NCBI GenBank assembly: GCA_024679065.1
Contig: JAGIQG010000010.1
Coordinates: 9,920,001-9,984,000, forward strand
Source: Sphyrna mokarran
Taxonomy: Eukaryota
DNA: 64,000 nt
Direction: 5' to 3'
The notes beneath the pieces are model-generated. The model saw nothing but the letters and a program-made list of their open reading frames with translations, ran no database searches and was not told the DNA's origin. Made by a program: the position numbers and the translations under genes. Of this stretch, positions 50,557-63,399 are shown in pieces (within the stretch, counting starts at the first letter, position 1; every line of letters begins with the position of its first letter).

Positions 50557-50688
50557 TGGTTGGAATTTTCTGGCCACGCTCGCCTCAAAACCAGAAAATC
50601 TCGCCCAAAGTCAACAGATCTTTCTATGGTCTGCTCCCCGCCCGCTGTGATTTCCGTGCGGGAGGGAGAGGAAAACTTCCCCCCCCAC
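50557..50688. mobile_element. ~130-bp MITE (representative of a family with several copies in the window)
   Basis: ggttggaattttc...ggaaaacttccccc ends. Related copies near 20187, 25647, 35829, 37855, 38020, 51645, 53230 and 59318. Confidence 0.6.
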
Positions 50689-51049
50689 TTTGTATCCAGT
50701 ATTAAACATACTCGGATGTACAAACAGAAGGTCAGTGGGATTCAGAATGAGGAAGTGCTCTCTGTTACCATGGACTGAACAACAATGTCTCACATCTTTA
50801 CAGTTGTGTAAATTATTAATTTTATCCACCAAACAACACCCTCATATCGGGATTACTTTATTTATTAGTTGGTCTAATGTATTAGTCAACTGCGGATCCT
50901 GTTATACAACCTTTTGCATAAACCCATACATGTTATTCAAATTGCCTTATTTGTTATGATAGCAATCCACTGTAAGTTGTCCTAACTGCTTGCCCTTCCA
51001 AAGTACTCATTAGACTAATGAAAACCTTCAAACCAAAAGGAAAAAAAAT

Positions 51050-51480
51050 GCAACAACCTGCCAGAAAAGAGGTCTGAGGTTATTATGAAAATTGCAACGC
51101 TGGGAGCTGGATGAAGATCCGTTCATTAATTCTTCCTCAGCAAATTGCTAAGCAATTTACTTGCCGTCCTCTGCATTAATGAATTAATCTTTTCTTTTTC
51201 GGAACATAAAAAAAAACCAAAAATGTGTTTTCTTTTTAAAGGGACACTCTTCCGCTGAAACTGTTCCAATTATTCTAAATTGTAAACATGCTTAGTATTA
51301 TTGTTAACTAGAGAAAAAACTAGTTTGAATAATCATTTAGCCAAGAGGCGAAGGGAAAGTAATGAAATCCCGCAAGAATGGCTTCAGTCATATAGTGTTT
51401 ATCAGGGAATTACTTCAATTACTTTACACTGACTAAACTCTGCAAACCATATCCATTTTTATAATTAGGTTACACGGTAG
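51050..51480. promoter_or_regulatory. Candidate conserved non-coding enhancer
   Basis: Repeat-free island with retained CpGs and dense homeodomain, FOX and MAF-like motifs inside a gene known for intronic CNEs. Conservation is inferred, not measured. Confidence 0.55.
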
Positions 51481-51868
51481 CTAACATTCATAACACACAC
51501 AAGTGTATGGATGGCAAACAAGGAACCCTGACAGATTCCCCCATCACTGATAGTGGAAGATGATCCCAATGATTTACGTCTTCATGGACCTGGGCACACT
51601 TTGTTGATGTCTTCTCAGATTATTTTTTACACTTTTCTATTCAAAGGGGTGGGAGAGGAGGGAAGAGTTCACCCACCACAGGTGCCATAGCAAGCAGAGA
51701 GGGCAAGCCATGCAGAGATCTGTTAACCACCGGCAAGATTTTCCGATTTAGGGACAAGTCCGGTTGGAAAATCCTACCCTAACGACTTTGGCACTCCAAG
51801 TTGCTGGGAATACAGATTGGTAATGGTGTGGAAAGGATAACAGAACCTCTGAGACTGTTGTAAGTTAG

Positions 51869-52168
51869 GCCTGGTGGTTAGTTCTGCTGCCTCAAAGCAC
51901 CAGGGACTTGGGTTTGATTCCCGACTTGGGTCACTGTGTATACGGAGTCTGCACATTCTCCCTATGACTGCGTGGGTTTCCTCTGGGTGCTCCGGTTTCC
52001 TCCCACAGTCCAAAAGATACGCTGATAAGTTGCATTGGCCATGTTAAGTTCTCCCTCAGTATACCCAAACAGGAGTTGGAGTGTGGCAACTAGGGAATTT
52101 TCCCAGTAACTTCATTGCAGTGTTAATGTAAGCTTACTTGTGATACTAATAATTAAACTTAAAACTAA
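51869..52168 (+). mobile_element. V-SINE tail B
   Basis: Head, V-domain, tail B. Confidence 0.9.
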
Positions 52169-52569
52169 ATAACAAAACTAATGGTTTGCTTCCTTAACTA
52201 AATAGATTTGAAGAATGAGAAATAAACAGAAGAAGAACTGAAAAGGAAACTGATTCAGAAAGGAAAAAGCACATTGATGGATGAGTGGAAGGAAATGTAA
52301 GAAATTTTCTTCCCCTGTTCCCCTCCTGTCCTGCCAAATCTCACACTTTGAGAAACTCCAACAATAATTCACTCCCCACAGGAATAATATGTCAGGCTTT
52401 AAACTGTCATCTGCTGGCTCAGAGAAGTTGATCGTCTGCCATTAACAATCACTGCCTCATTAAAAGAGAATTGGAGAATCATCATCTGATCCCTCGGGTG
52501 CAAAAGAAGACCATTCGGCCCATGAAGCCTGCACTGACAACAATCCCACCCAGACCCTCTCCCTGCAAC

Positions 52570-53100
52570 CCCATTGTTGGCGTTAACTTTCTGTTGCATA
52601 TTTAATGGAAAGTGCAAGAGTAAATAAAGCCACTTCAAGAAACCCATGGCAAGGTTAAGTGTGTGATTTCATTTCTGCAACATTAAAGGTGGCATTGTGC
52701 AAATCATCTGGCAACTTATGGTCATTAACAATCTATGCTTTGCTGGACAGCTTACACAGTAAGAATTTTTCAGGAAATTCCGGCTCCTTATATTTTTCCT
52801 CCCTCAATGTCCTTCCAGTTTGTTGGCCTGCTCCTTCCTATCTGACAAAGGGGTATGGCTCTGCAAATGCCATCTGAACCTTCAGAACTTAATGCGCAAC
52901 GCCTGTGCAATCTTGGCAATGATGACTGGAAAAAGTCCAAATTATTCTCAACTGATGTTCAGCATGAGCACTCTTCATCAGGGATTACCATGCAGCGCTC
53001 CGGGATTGTAAGTCCAGTTGATTTATGCTTCAACCTGCCACGGCTGCTATGCTCAGTTTAATCCTGCCACTACTTCTGCAGCTGAAATTCTCCAACTCTA
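52570..53100. promoter_or_regulatory. Candidate conserved non-coding enhancer
   Basis: Repeat-free, with HOX-PBX site TGATTTATG at 53019-53027 and POU-like ttgcatatttaat. Confidence 0.45.
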
Positions 53101-53344
53101 CACAGACTTGAGAGCAAACTTTATATCGTCCTGAACCGCTAAGAATTATTACTAAATTGCCGAAGTTAGAAAATCAAAGATGTTATGGTGAAATTCATAA
53201 AACATTGGTTGGCATGCAGCTGGAACATAGAGCAAAATTTTCTTGTCCCACCCATCACAGGGGGTGGACACGCAAAGGGTTTGTTGTCCTCGAGTAGGAT
53301 TTTCCAGTTTTGGAGATGAGTGCAGCCAGAAAATTGTGTCCATT

Positions 53345-53830
53345 TTCCAAGCTCCATATTTTCGGAAGGATTTGAAGGCTTTAGAGAGAGTGCAGAAAAG
53401 ATATAGGAGAATGGTGATGGGGGTGAGAGAAATCAGGGCATTTGAGGAAGTTGTTCTCCTTCAAGAAGATTGAGAGGAGATTTGATAGACATGATCAAAA
53501 TCACGAGTGCTTTTGACAGAGTAGATGGGCTGGAACCAGTTTCATTGCTGGAAAATCAGAGGGCACAGATTTAAAGTGATCAGAAAAAGGATGAGAGGCA
53601 ACCTGAGGAAAATCTTTTCTATGCAGTGAGTAGTTAGGATCTGCAGTGCGCTGCTTGAAAGCATGGTCGAGGTAGATTCAGATGTGTTTTTTCAGGTGAG
53701 TTGGCTAGTTATCTGAAGAGAAAATAATCTAACAAAAAGAAATGTAGTTGGAATAGCTGAGTTGCTCTTACAAAGAACTGGCACATGCACAATGGATCGA
53801 ATGGCCCTTTGTGGTGCTGTAGCCATTTTA
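53345..53830 (+). mobile_element. CR1 3' fragment
   Basis: APYFRKDLKALERVQKRY remnant plus tail. Confidence 0.85.
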
Positions 53831-55856
53831 TAAAATTCACAAAGAGATAAAGGAGACCGAGAGAAGAATGAGCACAAAAGACTTTGCAGAAAGAAATTTC
53901 TGCTCAAAAACTTGTATCTCTTACACAAGATGGGTTGGATTTACAATAATAAATTGGTGTTGTTCTGAGCTATAATTAATGGCCAGGAAAGGGTGAAAAT
54001 GGCATTTTTTTAACCATCCATTTTACACTCTGCCAATTTACGAAAGCATTGATAGCAAAAGACACAAAGTGAGTTGTACCACTAATACCCATTTACCAAC
54101 TGTTACTTTCTTCCAGTGATGTTCAACATGAGGAGGAAGATTCAACAACTGATTCCTGTGCCAAGTGAGTCAAGGCAACAGATTCTGACCACAATTTCAA
54201 CTGACAACTCTTTCTCCAAAGAAGGGGCACCCAAGGCAGGAGTTGAACCCTGGTTCTTAGAGCTGGGAGGTTATAGTGCCTCCTGTCACCTGAGTAAATG
54301 AAGGAGAGGTAAACTGCTTTAATGCTGAAATCTTAGATTGGTTTGACTATAACTTTGAGGAGGTCCATGGTAATGTGTACTAAAACGCTAAAACAAAACA
54401 TGTAAATTATAAGTGATTTTTATGACCTAGAAATTGGAACAGGTTTAAAATTTCCAATGGTTAAGGCATAAACTGGTGTGCGTAACCTTGACACCAGTGG
54501 ATTTTGATGCGAGATTTAGAGATTTCACTTTGCAAGACTCTATTCCTGGCATGCCTCCTTACAAGATGGGAGTGTGGGTCAGAGATAACACTGTAGGGTC
54601 TATTTTGGGGCCTATGTTTCCATTCAGTAATGATGCAAGCCAGGACTCTCACCTTCCAAAATTACCCTTTAGAAGTGCAGCCAGGAAGATCAGACAGGCT
54701 GAGGAATTGCTTAGGTTTCACTGTCTTTGGCAGGAAACCATATTGGCAAATAACCAAGCTAATGAAATAAGATTATACCAGTGAAAACACATTTTTTTTT
54801 ATAGAACTTGCAAGCACTGGAACTAATTTATCCAAAGGTGTTTTGTACATGGGAAAACACACCTCGAATACTTTGGGTTCTATAGTCTCCTTTGCATCCA
54901 ACCATTGGAATGTAACTTCCTTGATATTCCAATGTTATTTGATAAGCGCTTCCACTAGTGAGACTAAGCAGCTACAAGGTAATGAGCTATGGCTAGAATT
55001 GTAAGTGGAGATATTTATCATAACCCAAGCTGGATGAAGTTTCATACTTGGGAGTAAGTTTTCAACTAAGAGGCATTTTAATAAGCAGTCAAGGACACGC
55101 TTTGTCATGTCACAGTGAAATCATACACTTCGAAATAGGATTTTATCTTCACGGTTTTTCCATTTATAAAGGTTACAATTTGCAGTTGTGAATATAATTA
55201 ATCAACATTCACAAGAGATGTTCACATAAAAACAAGAGAGTTTGGAATTAGAATAGGCCTTACAACCCTGAAAATCCATTTTTCCCTGACAGTCCGTACA
55301 TATCTACTTTGATCATGCTCTCTCTATCCTAACATGGCTTCTGATATTTTCTGTACAATTCCCACATGAATAAAACAGATCTAGCATTACCTCTGTAATG
55401 ATAAAGTGCCAATCAAAAGTTTCAAATGCAAGATAAGGCCTCATTGAGTTAGGAGTCATATATTACCATGGACAGAGATTGGTTGAAGAAGAGGAAGCAA
55501 AAAGCAGGCATAAATGGGGAATTAGCAAGTTGGCAAGCTGTGACTAATGGAGTGTCATAGGGATCAGTGCTGAACCCTCAGTTACTGACAATCTGTAATG
55601 ACAAGGGAACCACGGGCACAGTATCTAATTTGCTTGCCATACAAAGTTAGGTGGGAACGCAAGTTATAAGGAGGGCACAAAGAGAATGTAAAGAGATATA
55701 GACAGATTAAATGAATGCAGAAAGACCAATGTGGGGAAGTATGCGGAAATTAACTTCAGTGGAAAGAATAGGAAAAAAAATTTACAAGATGGAAAACTTC
55801 AACACTTTGACATACAGATAGAGTCGTGTGTATGTTCACAAGGGAAGTTGAAGTAT

Positions 55857-56122
55857 TCAAATTTATTTATCGGTGTGACACGTAGGCTTACATAACACTG
55901 CAATAAGGTTACTGTCCAAATCCCCTAGCTACCACATTCAGGCGCCTGTTTGGGTACACTGAGGAAGAATTGAGCGTGGCCAATGTATCTAACCACTATG
56001 TAAAGAAAAAAATGGAGCATCCCAAGGAAACAACAGCCACGGGGAGAATGGACAGACTCAAGCAAGGAATTGAACCCTGTTTCCTGGTGATGCAAGGTAG
56101 CAGTGCTCACCATTGTGCCATC
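55857..56122 (-). mobile_element. V-SINE tail B nested in an old CR1
   Basis: Reverse-complement copy. CR1 RT sequence continues on both sides. Confidence 0.87.
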
Positions 56123-56630
56123 CAGAAAGATAGCATGCAAATATACCAAATAACTGGAAAGGCAATTGCCATGCCAACCTTTATTGCAAGGGGATGGAGT
56201 ACAAAAATAAAGGACTCTTCTACAAATTTACAAAGTTTTGGTAAGACCACCCATGAAAAGATGGGTGTTGTTTTGGTCTCCACGTCGAAGGAAGGATATA
56301 CTTGCCTCAGAGGCAAAACAATGAAGGTTCATTCGAATGTTTCCTTGGATGAGAGGGTTTTCCTATCACACAAAACTGAGTAAATTGGAATTACAACCTC
56401 TGGAGTTTTGACGAATGTGGGGTAATTTCAGTGACACTGAAGGCAGACACTACTTATTTCTCCTGTCTGGAAATTCTGGGATATGGGAAAAGAATCTCAG
56501 GAGAAGGGATCGCTGATTTAGGATGAGATAAGGAGAAAGTTTTTTACTCAGAGAATTATGAACATTTGGAGTTGTTTGCCCTAATTAATTGTGCATGCTC
56601 CACTATGGAGTATATTCAAACCTGAGACAG

Positions 56631-57352
56631 GGAGAGTGTAAAACCGCATGGACAGGATTCCTTCTGTGATATCCGCTGCCCTGACCCACAGTAAGGTGGA
56701 CAAGATCTGTCAGGAAGCCCCACCTTAATAAGGCTTTGAGTGACTACTTATTGGCCACTTATGAGACCTCTCTTGCCCAGGCTCAATTGGAACCAATTGG
56801 ATCAGGGAGCTGAATAGAAGTTAATAATCTCGATCTGAGATGAGAAATGAGGAACACCTACCTCAATCTGAAGGCCCCTTCAGAATTGGTCTGCCTTGGG
56901 ACCTAGAAGTTCCACTCTTTCTCCATCCTCTCCGTTCTCTCCATATTGAGATTGCACCCCTAATCCCTTAGGACATTCCCATACCTCCACCCCTCGTGCT
57001 GATCTGAAATGCAACCCTGGGAACAAATAAATCTGTTGGACTTTAACCTGGTGTTGCGAGACTTCTTACTGTGTTTACCCCAGTCCAACAGCGGCATGTC
57101 CACGTCATGACTGAGGCTAAGGAACAGCACTGCAGTTCCTCTCCTGGCCTCTGCAGCGCTGTGCTTGGAGTGGCTGGAGAGCTGTTGGCTAATCTGATGG
57201 GCCGACTGTTCTCCAAGATGGGATGTCTGTCCCCTCCCGCTGCCAGTCAACACTCCATTGAGCGCAAAACATTTATGGGTCTGTTGGCGTCGGTGGGAGA
57301 CACTCTCAAGATGGCAGGTATCAAGCACTCGCCATCTTGAAAATTCAGGCCT
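56631..57352. mobile_element. Harbinger-like non-autonomous insertion within CR1
   Basis: 3' end gaaaattcaggcct resembles the MITE TIR family. CAG flanks both sides and the CR1 is collinear across it. Confidence 0.55.
57024..57108 (+). mobile_element. Penelope-like pLTR terminal fragment (distal part of the family seen at 6097)
   Basis: caaataaatctgttggactttaacctggtgttgcgagacttcttactgtg...cagtccaacagcggcatgtccacgtca matches the shark PLE terminus as recalled. Confidence 0.7.
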
Positions 57353-57859
57353 CAGATTCTGATCTTCAGGAAATCAAAGGATAAAGAGAGCAGGAAAGAA
57401 AGTGGAGTTGAGGCATCAACCATAATCATATTGAATCACAAAAATTCTCAAGGAGGCGAACAATCCACTCCTGCTTTTACACATATTCTAATACAACTTG
57501 TAGTCATCTTTCGCTTTAAATGTTTCAACTGGCTGAGAATTAATTACATTTTTTAGGAACAGAATCTTAATTGGTATTAATGTGCAACACCATTATGGTT
57601 AAGCTTTCAGGTATGACTTTATATTCACTTAAGATGCTCCACACGAATATTCAATAAAAATGACTTACATATTGTTGCATTTAAGATGATCCACGGTATA
57701 TGGGGGGAGATTGATTATTTTATTGAACTAGTATGCTATATGACCAATGCCAATTCTCACAAGGTTTTTAGTAGTGGTGCTCGTCTGTCTGAACTATCAT
57801 TGCACTAGGAAGCTAAACAAAATTGCTATTTTCCACCAATATTAAAATATTGCCACTCT

Positions 57860-58180
57860 TGGCGGCACAGTGGTTAGCACTGCTGCCTCACATCTCCAAG
57901 GTTCAATTCTGGTCTTGGGTGACTGTGTGCGTGGAGTTTGCACGTTCTCTGCATGCTTTTCCTCTGGCTGCTCCGATTTCCTCCCACAGTCCAAAAGTGT
58001 GCAGGTTACATGGATTGGCCATGCTAAATTGCCCCTTAGTGTCCAAAATGTGGTAGTTAGGGGGATTAGCAGGGTAAATGAGATGAATTACGAGGGAGGG
58101 TTTGGGTAAGATGCTTGTTGGAAAGTCGGTGCAGATTCGATGGCCGAGCGGCCTATGTCTGCACTGTAGATATTCTGTGA
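57860..58180 (+). mobile_element. HE1-type V-SINE
   Basis: Head, V-domain, tail. Confidence 0.88.
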
Positions 58181-58194
58181 AATGATTAAATGTC

Positions 58195-58760
58195 TTCCAT
58201 CATTTACCCGAATTAGATTTCCCCTCATTCTTCTGAACTCTAGACAGTATAGCCCTAAACTGTTCCATCTATCTTCACAAGACAAACTCCTCACCTTTGG
58301 AATAAATCTGGTGAACCTTCTCTGAACTGCCTTCAATGCAACTACATCCCTCTTCAAGTAAACGGACCAAAAATTGTGCACAATCCGCCAGGTCCGGGTT
58401 CATTAATACCTTGTGCAGTTGGAGTAATACTTCCCTACTTTTATACTTTATTCTTGTAGCAATAAATGCAAAATATTCCATTTGTCTTCCTTATTACTTG
58501 TTGGATTAAGTTTGTGCAATTCATGTACAAGGACACTCAGATCCCTCTGCACTGAAGCACTCTGATGTTTCTCTCTATTTAGGTAATAAGTTGCCTTTCT
58601 ATTTTATTCTATTCTTCTATTCTAATGACCATTTACCTCAACCGCTCATATCTGTTGGTTAGCCTGTTCTCTATGCAAGCTAATAAATTATCCCAAACCC
58701 CATATGATCTTTTCTTGTGTATTAACCTTTAGTGTGGCACAGTATCGAATGCCTCCTGGA
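58195..58760 (-). mobile_element. CR1 RT fragment
   Basis: FWSVYLKRDVVALKAVQRRFTRFIP remnant. Confidence 0.88.
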
Positions 58761-60026
58761 CATGCATGAACAAGGATAACTTTTCTTCTCTTCAGTGGGC
58801 AAAGCACAGAATTTGTGAACTGATTTTCTGCTCACCATATTGAGGGCTTAGTAGACTAATTATTGCCCGATAACAAACACACACATAACTATCAGGCAAT
58901 TAGTCAGCTGCAATGATCTCCTCGCTGTCCTTCTTTTCCCAGTACTCATAGTGAAGTTTAGCCTCCTGCGTAGGTAGCCCCAGAAGGAAAGAAAACCCAG
59001 TAAAGATGGAGAAATAAGAATACTAGTCCAAACAAGACTTGTGTAAAATGGGACACTAGTAAAAACTGGGAAACAAGAAGATTAGTCTGAATTGTCTTTT
59101 CTTGTTGGATATTTGCAACTAACAGCTTTGGGTTGTTCAGTACTATGCGTTGATAATTTCAGAGCGGAAGAATAATACCTGAAAACAGAGCTTTGTTTTA
59201 TGCCATTTTGGTCTTTTATCAGAGCACAAGTTACCTGCAAAATCAGTCTGAGACTATGGGAAACAATGAGTAATTAAGTCAATTAATTTTAACTAAAACA
59301 AAAGCATTAACGACTATGGGTGGGATTTTTGGCTCTCACCTCTCCCCAACCAGACATTCCCACCTGAGGTCAATGGACCTTTTGCGCATCCGTCAAATTA
59401 TCCATCCTGCCTGGGAGACTGGAAGATTTAGACCCATGTTAATCACACTGACTTCATGGTGTTACTGTTGTTTATATTTGCTACAATGGCAGTATCCCAG
59501 TCTTCACACTCCATTTCCCCAAACAAGCACATTTGGATAAAGCATTGCATGTTCAGACTTTTAAACGAGTTAAAGAATTACATTTAGGTTGATCACAGAT
59601 TACAATGGGTCAGAGTTAGTTGGAAAAATAGTGGTATGTCAAGGCACAAATCACAGCAAACAAGGGATTAATAGCAGTTCAAAGGGATTAAGGGAGTTGC
59701 AGATCTCCAGAACTTGCTGGTTGATAATGCCTCACACTCACCATTATTTTATTCATGAACCTGCTTGAGTTGCACATATATTGTCCATTGAACTGGCCAC
59801 GGAAAGTTAAGACTGGCAATTAACAGCACTAGAACCTTTTAAGCTAAAGAGTGCAGGAAAAAGACGGTGTTCAATCAAAATTATTCCTGGCGTTCAGAAC
59901 AAAGCAAATATTAATGCTGTGGCAAGTTGAAAAGAAGTCATTGTTCACTGACCATCAGTAAAGGAATCTGCCTGAGTAATCACTGCATCGAGTGTTAAAA
60001 AACATCAAATGTCATGGATGCTTTAC

Positions 60027-60161
60027 CTTTTTCAGTGTGCATCCTTTTCGCTTCATGTCCTCCATCATGACAAGCAAGATCTCCTTCCTTCGGCCCAGGT
60101 AGAATAGTGGGGGATAACCCCAAGAGGGCCTGGTTAATTGACAATCCATTCTGATGGACAG
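60027..60161 (-). CDS. DACH1: DACH1 internal coding exon (equivalent to human exon 6), 135 nt, phase 1 to phase 1
   Basis: Manual translation gives (P)VHQNGLSINQALLGLSPTILPGPKEGDLACHDGGHEAKRMHTEK(D), matching DACH1 PVHQNGLSMNQMLMGLSPNVLPGPKEGDLAGHDMGHESKRMHIEKD. Acceptor aactgatag|CT, donor AAAG|gtaaag. Phase joins the upstream exon in frame. Confidence 0.97.
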
Positions 60162-60382
60162 CTATCAGTTAAAATAAACAATTTACTTTTCAGTAAGCAT
60201 GCAGAATAAAACAGGGGAGTTTCAGTCATACAGTTTTATTCCTAACCCCTCTTTTCCTTTAATCAGTTAATATCAACAAGTGCTTGTGCTTGAGGCTTTA
60301 ATTTAGAAAGTAACAAGCACATTTCTGTCAGATTTCAGGTTTTCACTAATTGTGGGCACTAATGACATTGTTGGAATGTAGC

Positions 60383-60599
60383 TTTTTTTTTATTCATTCA
60401 TGGAATGTGGGTGTCGTTGGCTGATTGTTACTTCATAGTCATCATTAGACTTTTAATTCCAAATTTTTATTGAATTCAAATTTGATCATCTGCTGTGGTG
60501 GGATTCGAATCAGAATTAGTTTGAATTTGCTCATAAAGAGTTGGTCTGAGTCTCTAGATTACTAATTTAGTGACAATGCAATTGTGCCACTACCTCCCC
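60383..60599 (-). mobile_element. Second tRNA-derived SINE family, internally deleted
   Basis: Both ends match the 9318 copy and the middle is missing. Confidence 0.75.
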
Positions 60600-61397
60600 T
60601 TAAACAAAGGCTGGCTTGACATTGTAAACAAAGTAACGATTCAGCAATCATTTTATTCCATGTGCTCAGCCATCCTGGTCAATCCTAATGGGGTCAAGCC
60701 AGTTGCTCAAACAGGATCATTGGGATCCACAATGCCAGCAAAAGTATTCATAAAGCAGCTAAGCAGAAATGGAGCAGAGAAATAACATTGAGGTTATATA
60801 CTATTTCCTTTGCACCTGTTGGTTCCATGGCATCATATTATAAGATGTACATGGCACAAGCATTTCTCTCAGCATGTGGAAATCTTACTCATTCCATTTC
60901 AATTAGCTTGCTTTTGGAAAAGCACTTCCAGATTTCATTGTTTATAGAGCAAGAACTCAATGATCATTACATTTATCTCAGTAACAAGCTTTCCCAACAG
61001 CAAAGTGGTGGATACCAAGACTGTAAGGTTTTGAGTTTGATACCAATTTCCAACTGGAGCCATGGTTTGGGAGCTATAGTTCCCTCAGTACCTCTAGGCT
61101 AATGAAGAGAAGGGTCAGAAGGAGTTCCTGTTCTATTAATCTAAACAGTGCAACCTTCTGGAAAATCCACAGGTCTGTCAGATAAGAAGAGAACTGAGCA
61201 GAGCTCTCATTTTTAAGTGTCAAATGGTCCAGTTGACAACTCTCCAGTTTGATTTTTCTGGCCTTTGTTCCCTGGAGAATGCAAGAGTTCCACTCCTATT
61301 TGGCATTCCGAAGGAGTTTGATATGGGTGCCTTTGTGGGGAAATCTAGAACTGGAGCAAGTTTCAGACTATTAACAATGGAGAGAAGAAATATATTA

Positions 61398-61700
61398 CAA
61401 TTTAATTTACTATTGTCACACGTATTGGGATATAGTGAAAAGTATTGTTTTGTGCACACTATACAGGTAAAACATACCATTTATAGAGTATATAGAGGAG
61501 AGGGAAAGGAAAGGGTAGAGAATATAATGTTATAGTCAAAGCTGGAGCACAGAGAAAGATCAGCTTAATACAAAATGGGTTCATTCAAAATCTCATGGCA
61601 ACAGGGAAGAAGCTGTTCTTGCAGATTGGTACGTGATCTCAGCCTTTTGTATCTTTTTCCCGATGGAAGAAAGTGGAAAAGAGTTTGTGCAGGGTGCTGG
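61398..61700 (-). mobile_element. Rex1/Babar-type LINE 3' end in the short intron between the two DACH1 exons
   Basis: Homologous to the 1856 and 24978 copies (tattgtcaca...gtgaaaagtattgttt...gggaagaagctgttcttg). Confidence 0.8.
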
Positions 61701-62287
61701 TTGCTTTTCAAGGCTGGGAGGGTTGGAATTCTATATCATAGAGAGCCATGGAGGCTGGGTCATTTTTTAAGATTGAGTTAGATAGATTTATGATTGACAA
61801 GAGAGTCAAATGGACTGGGGCAAGTAGGAAAGTGGAGTTGAGGCCACAATCAGTTTAGCCATGGATTGTATTGAATGGCAGAGAGGGCTCGAAAGGCCAA
61901 GTGATCTATCCTATCACAGTACTTATTTCTTATACTCTTAGGAGAATTGTGAGAGACAAGGAAACACATTCCTTCATGGCTCAGATCACAACTGAGCAAA
62001 AGAAAGGAAAATGGATTACATTCTAATAACAGTCAATGATTCAGGAGAGTAGTAAGGTTGAAAATTGGGGAAAAACTTGACTTTCAGATTTAACCACAAT
62101 GTACGGTGATCCTTTCAAGCACATTTGCATTTTTATATCTTGCTTCAGAATATATATTCTCATTCATTTTTTGTTATGGTGCTAATCTTCCTTTATCTTT
62201 GCCCTTTCAACCCACATATTGCACATTCTTTAATAAATTAGCAAGATGAAAAATGTAATGCAGAAAGCAACAGTGGAAGCAACTCAC

Positions 62288-62423
62288 GGACTCTATCGGA
62301 GGAGCTCTCAGTCCGAGCTGGTGAACTCGACACGCTGCTGCTCCGATGGGAAGAAGGATGACTCCCTGGTCGGCGGCCATCTTCCAGGGATGGAGCAGGT
62401 GACGGGCTGTCAGGAACACGTTC
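62288..62423 (-). CDS. DACH1: DACH1 internal coding exon (equivalent to human exon 5), 136 nt, phase 0 to phase 1
   Basis: Translates ERVPDSPSPAPSLEDGRRPGSHPSSHRSSSVSSSPARTESSSDRV, nearly identical to the vertebrate DACH1 segment as I recall it and unlike DACH2. Acceptor ttgtttgcag|GAA, donor GTCC|gtgagt. Confidence 0.97.
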
Positions 62424-62605
62424 CTGCAAACAACAGCAACAAAATGAGGATGAGGCGAATTTTACAGTCGCTCCATCGGAATTAGAAAACTCGAGGTCTG
62501 AAAAGGGAGAGAATGATGCAAGAACAAAGAAATGGATAAATAATAAGATTCAATGTAGGGAACTAAATCCAGTCATAGGGTTCAAATGCGAAACTTTCTA
62601 TGAAT

Positions 62606-62858
62606 GATGCCAGGGCCAGGTTTGAATCCCAGCTTGGGTCACTGTCTGTACAATGTCTCTCCCCACGTCTGCGTGGTTATCTCTGGGTGTTCTGGCTTCC
62701 TGCCACAGTCTGAAAGACGTGCTGGTTAGGCGCATTGGCTATGCTAAATTCTCCGTCAGTGTACGTGAACAGGCACCCAGTGTGGCGACTAGGGGATTTT
62801 CACAATAACTTCATTGCAGTTTTAATATAAGCCTACTTGTGACACTATAAGTAAACAA
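62606..62858 (+). mobile_element. V-SINE tail B
   Basis: V-domain and tail gtggcgactaggggattttcac. Confidence 0.88.
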
Positions 62859-63399
62859 ACAACCAAAATTAAATGGTCGGAATCCAATAGTGTTTGTCTA
62901 AAGGTGCTAATTTAGCACTGGTATTATCTTATAAAAATGCAGATTAAATACCAGTGCATCACACTGGGCAGGGCAAAGTGGAACACTTTGCAACAGGTAG
63001 GTCTCTGTGCACTGGAGTCGAAACACTCTTTAATTTATTATTGTCACCAAAGAGCTGTTTTGTACCAGTTACAACGATAAGAAAGGGTGATGTAAAGGTA
63101 AAATAGCATTAGGAGCATCTCCTATCTGTGGCAAGTGCAACTTTCTCCTCAATATATAAATTATTGAAACAGCCTGTGTGGGATGTATTTTAGTTAGATA
63201 AAAAGAGTCTCCACTTCAAAAAGTCCAATAACCAACAATATGAATCCAGTCTTGGAGATTGACTCAGCAGAAAAGCCTTCCCTCCCTCTTTCTTCAGACA
63301 TTGCAATTGATCCATTGACTACAATACAACTGGTATGATAATGAGTAAGCAGGAGTTCCCTCCACACCCGGCATCGCTCCATCTTGCCCTCTCCATCCC

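Larger units (their letters stand above)
55400..57490 (+). mobile_element. Old CR1 RT-to-tail fragment hosting nested insertions
   Basis: Decayed W..V.NGV..GSVL motif near 55530. Continues after the SINE (56123) and after the TIR element (57353). Confidence 0.78.
1..60026 (-). other. DACH1: Very large DACH1 intron (>60 kb) downstream of the 135-nt exon
   Basis: The next expected exon (ETPLSTP...SSIETLLTNIQ) was not found by eye or in the ORF track. The interval holds only repeats and unique non-coding DNA. Confidence 0.85.

Noticed and set aside
54476-54784. 102-codon plus-strand ORF
   Set aside because: GTG start, antisense to DACH1, no recognisable motif, and a length expected by chance.
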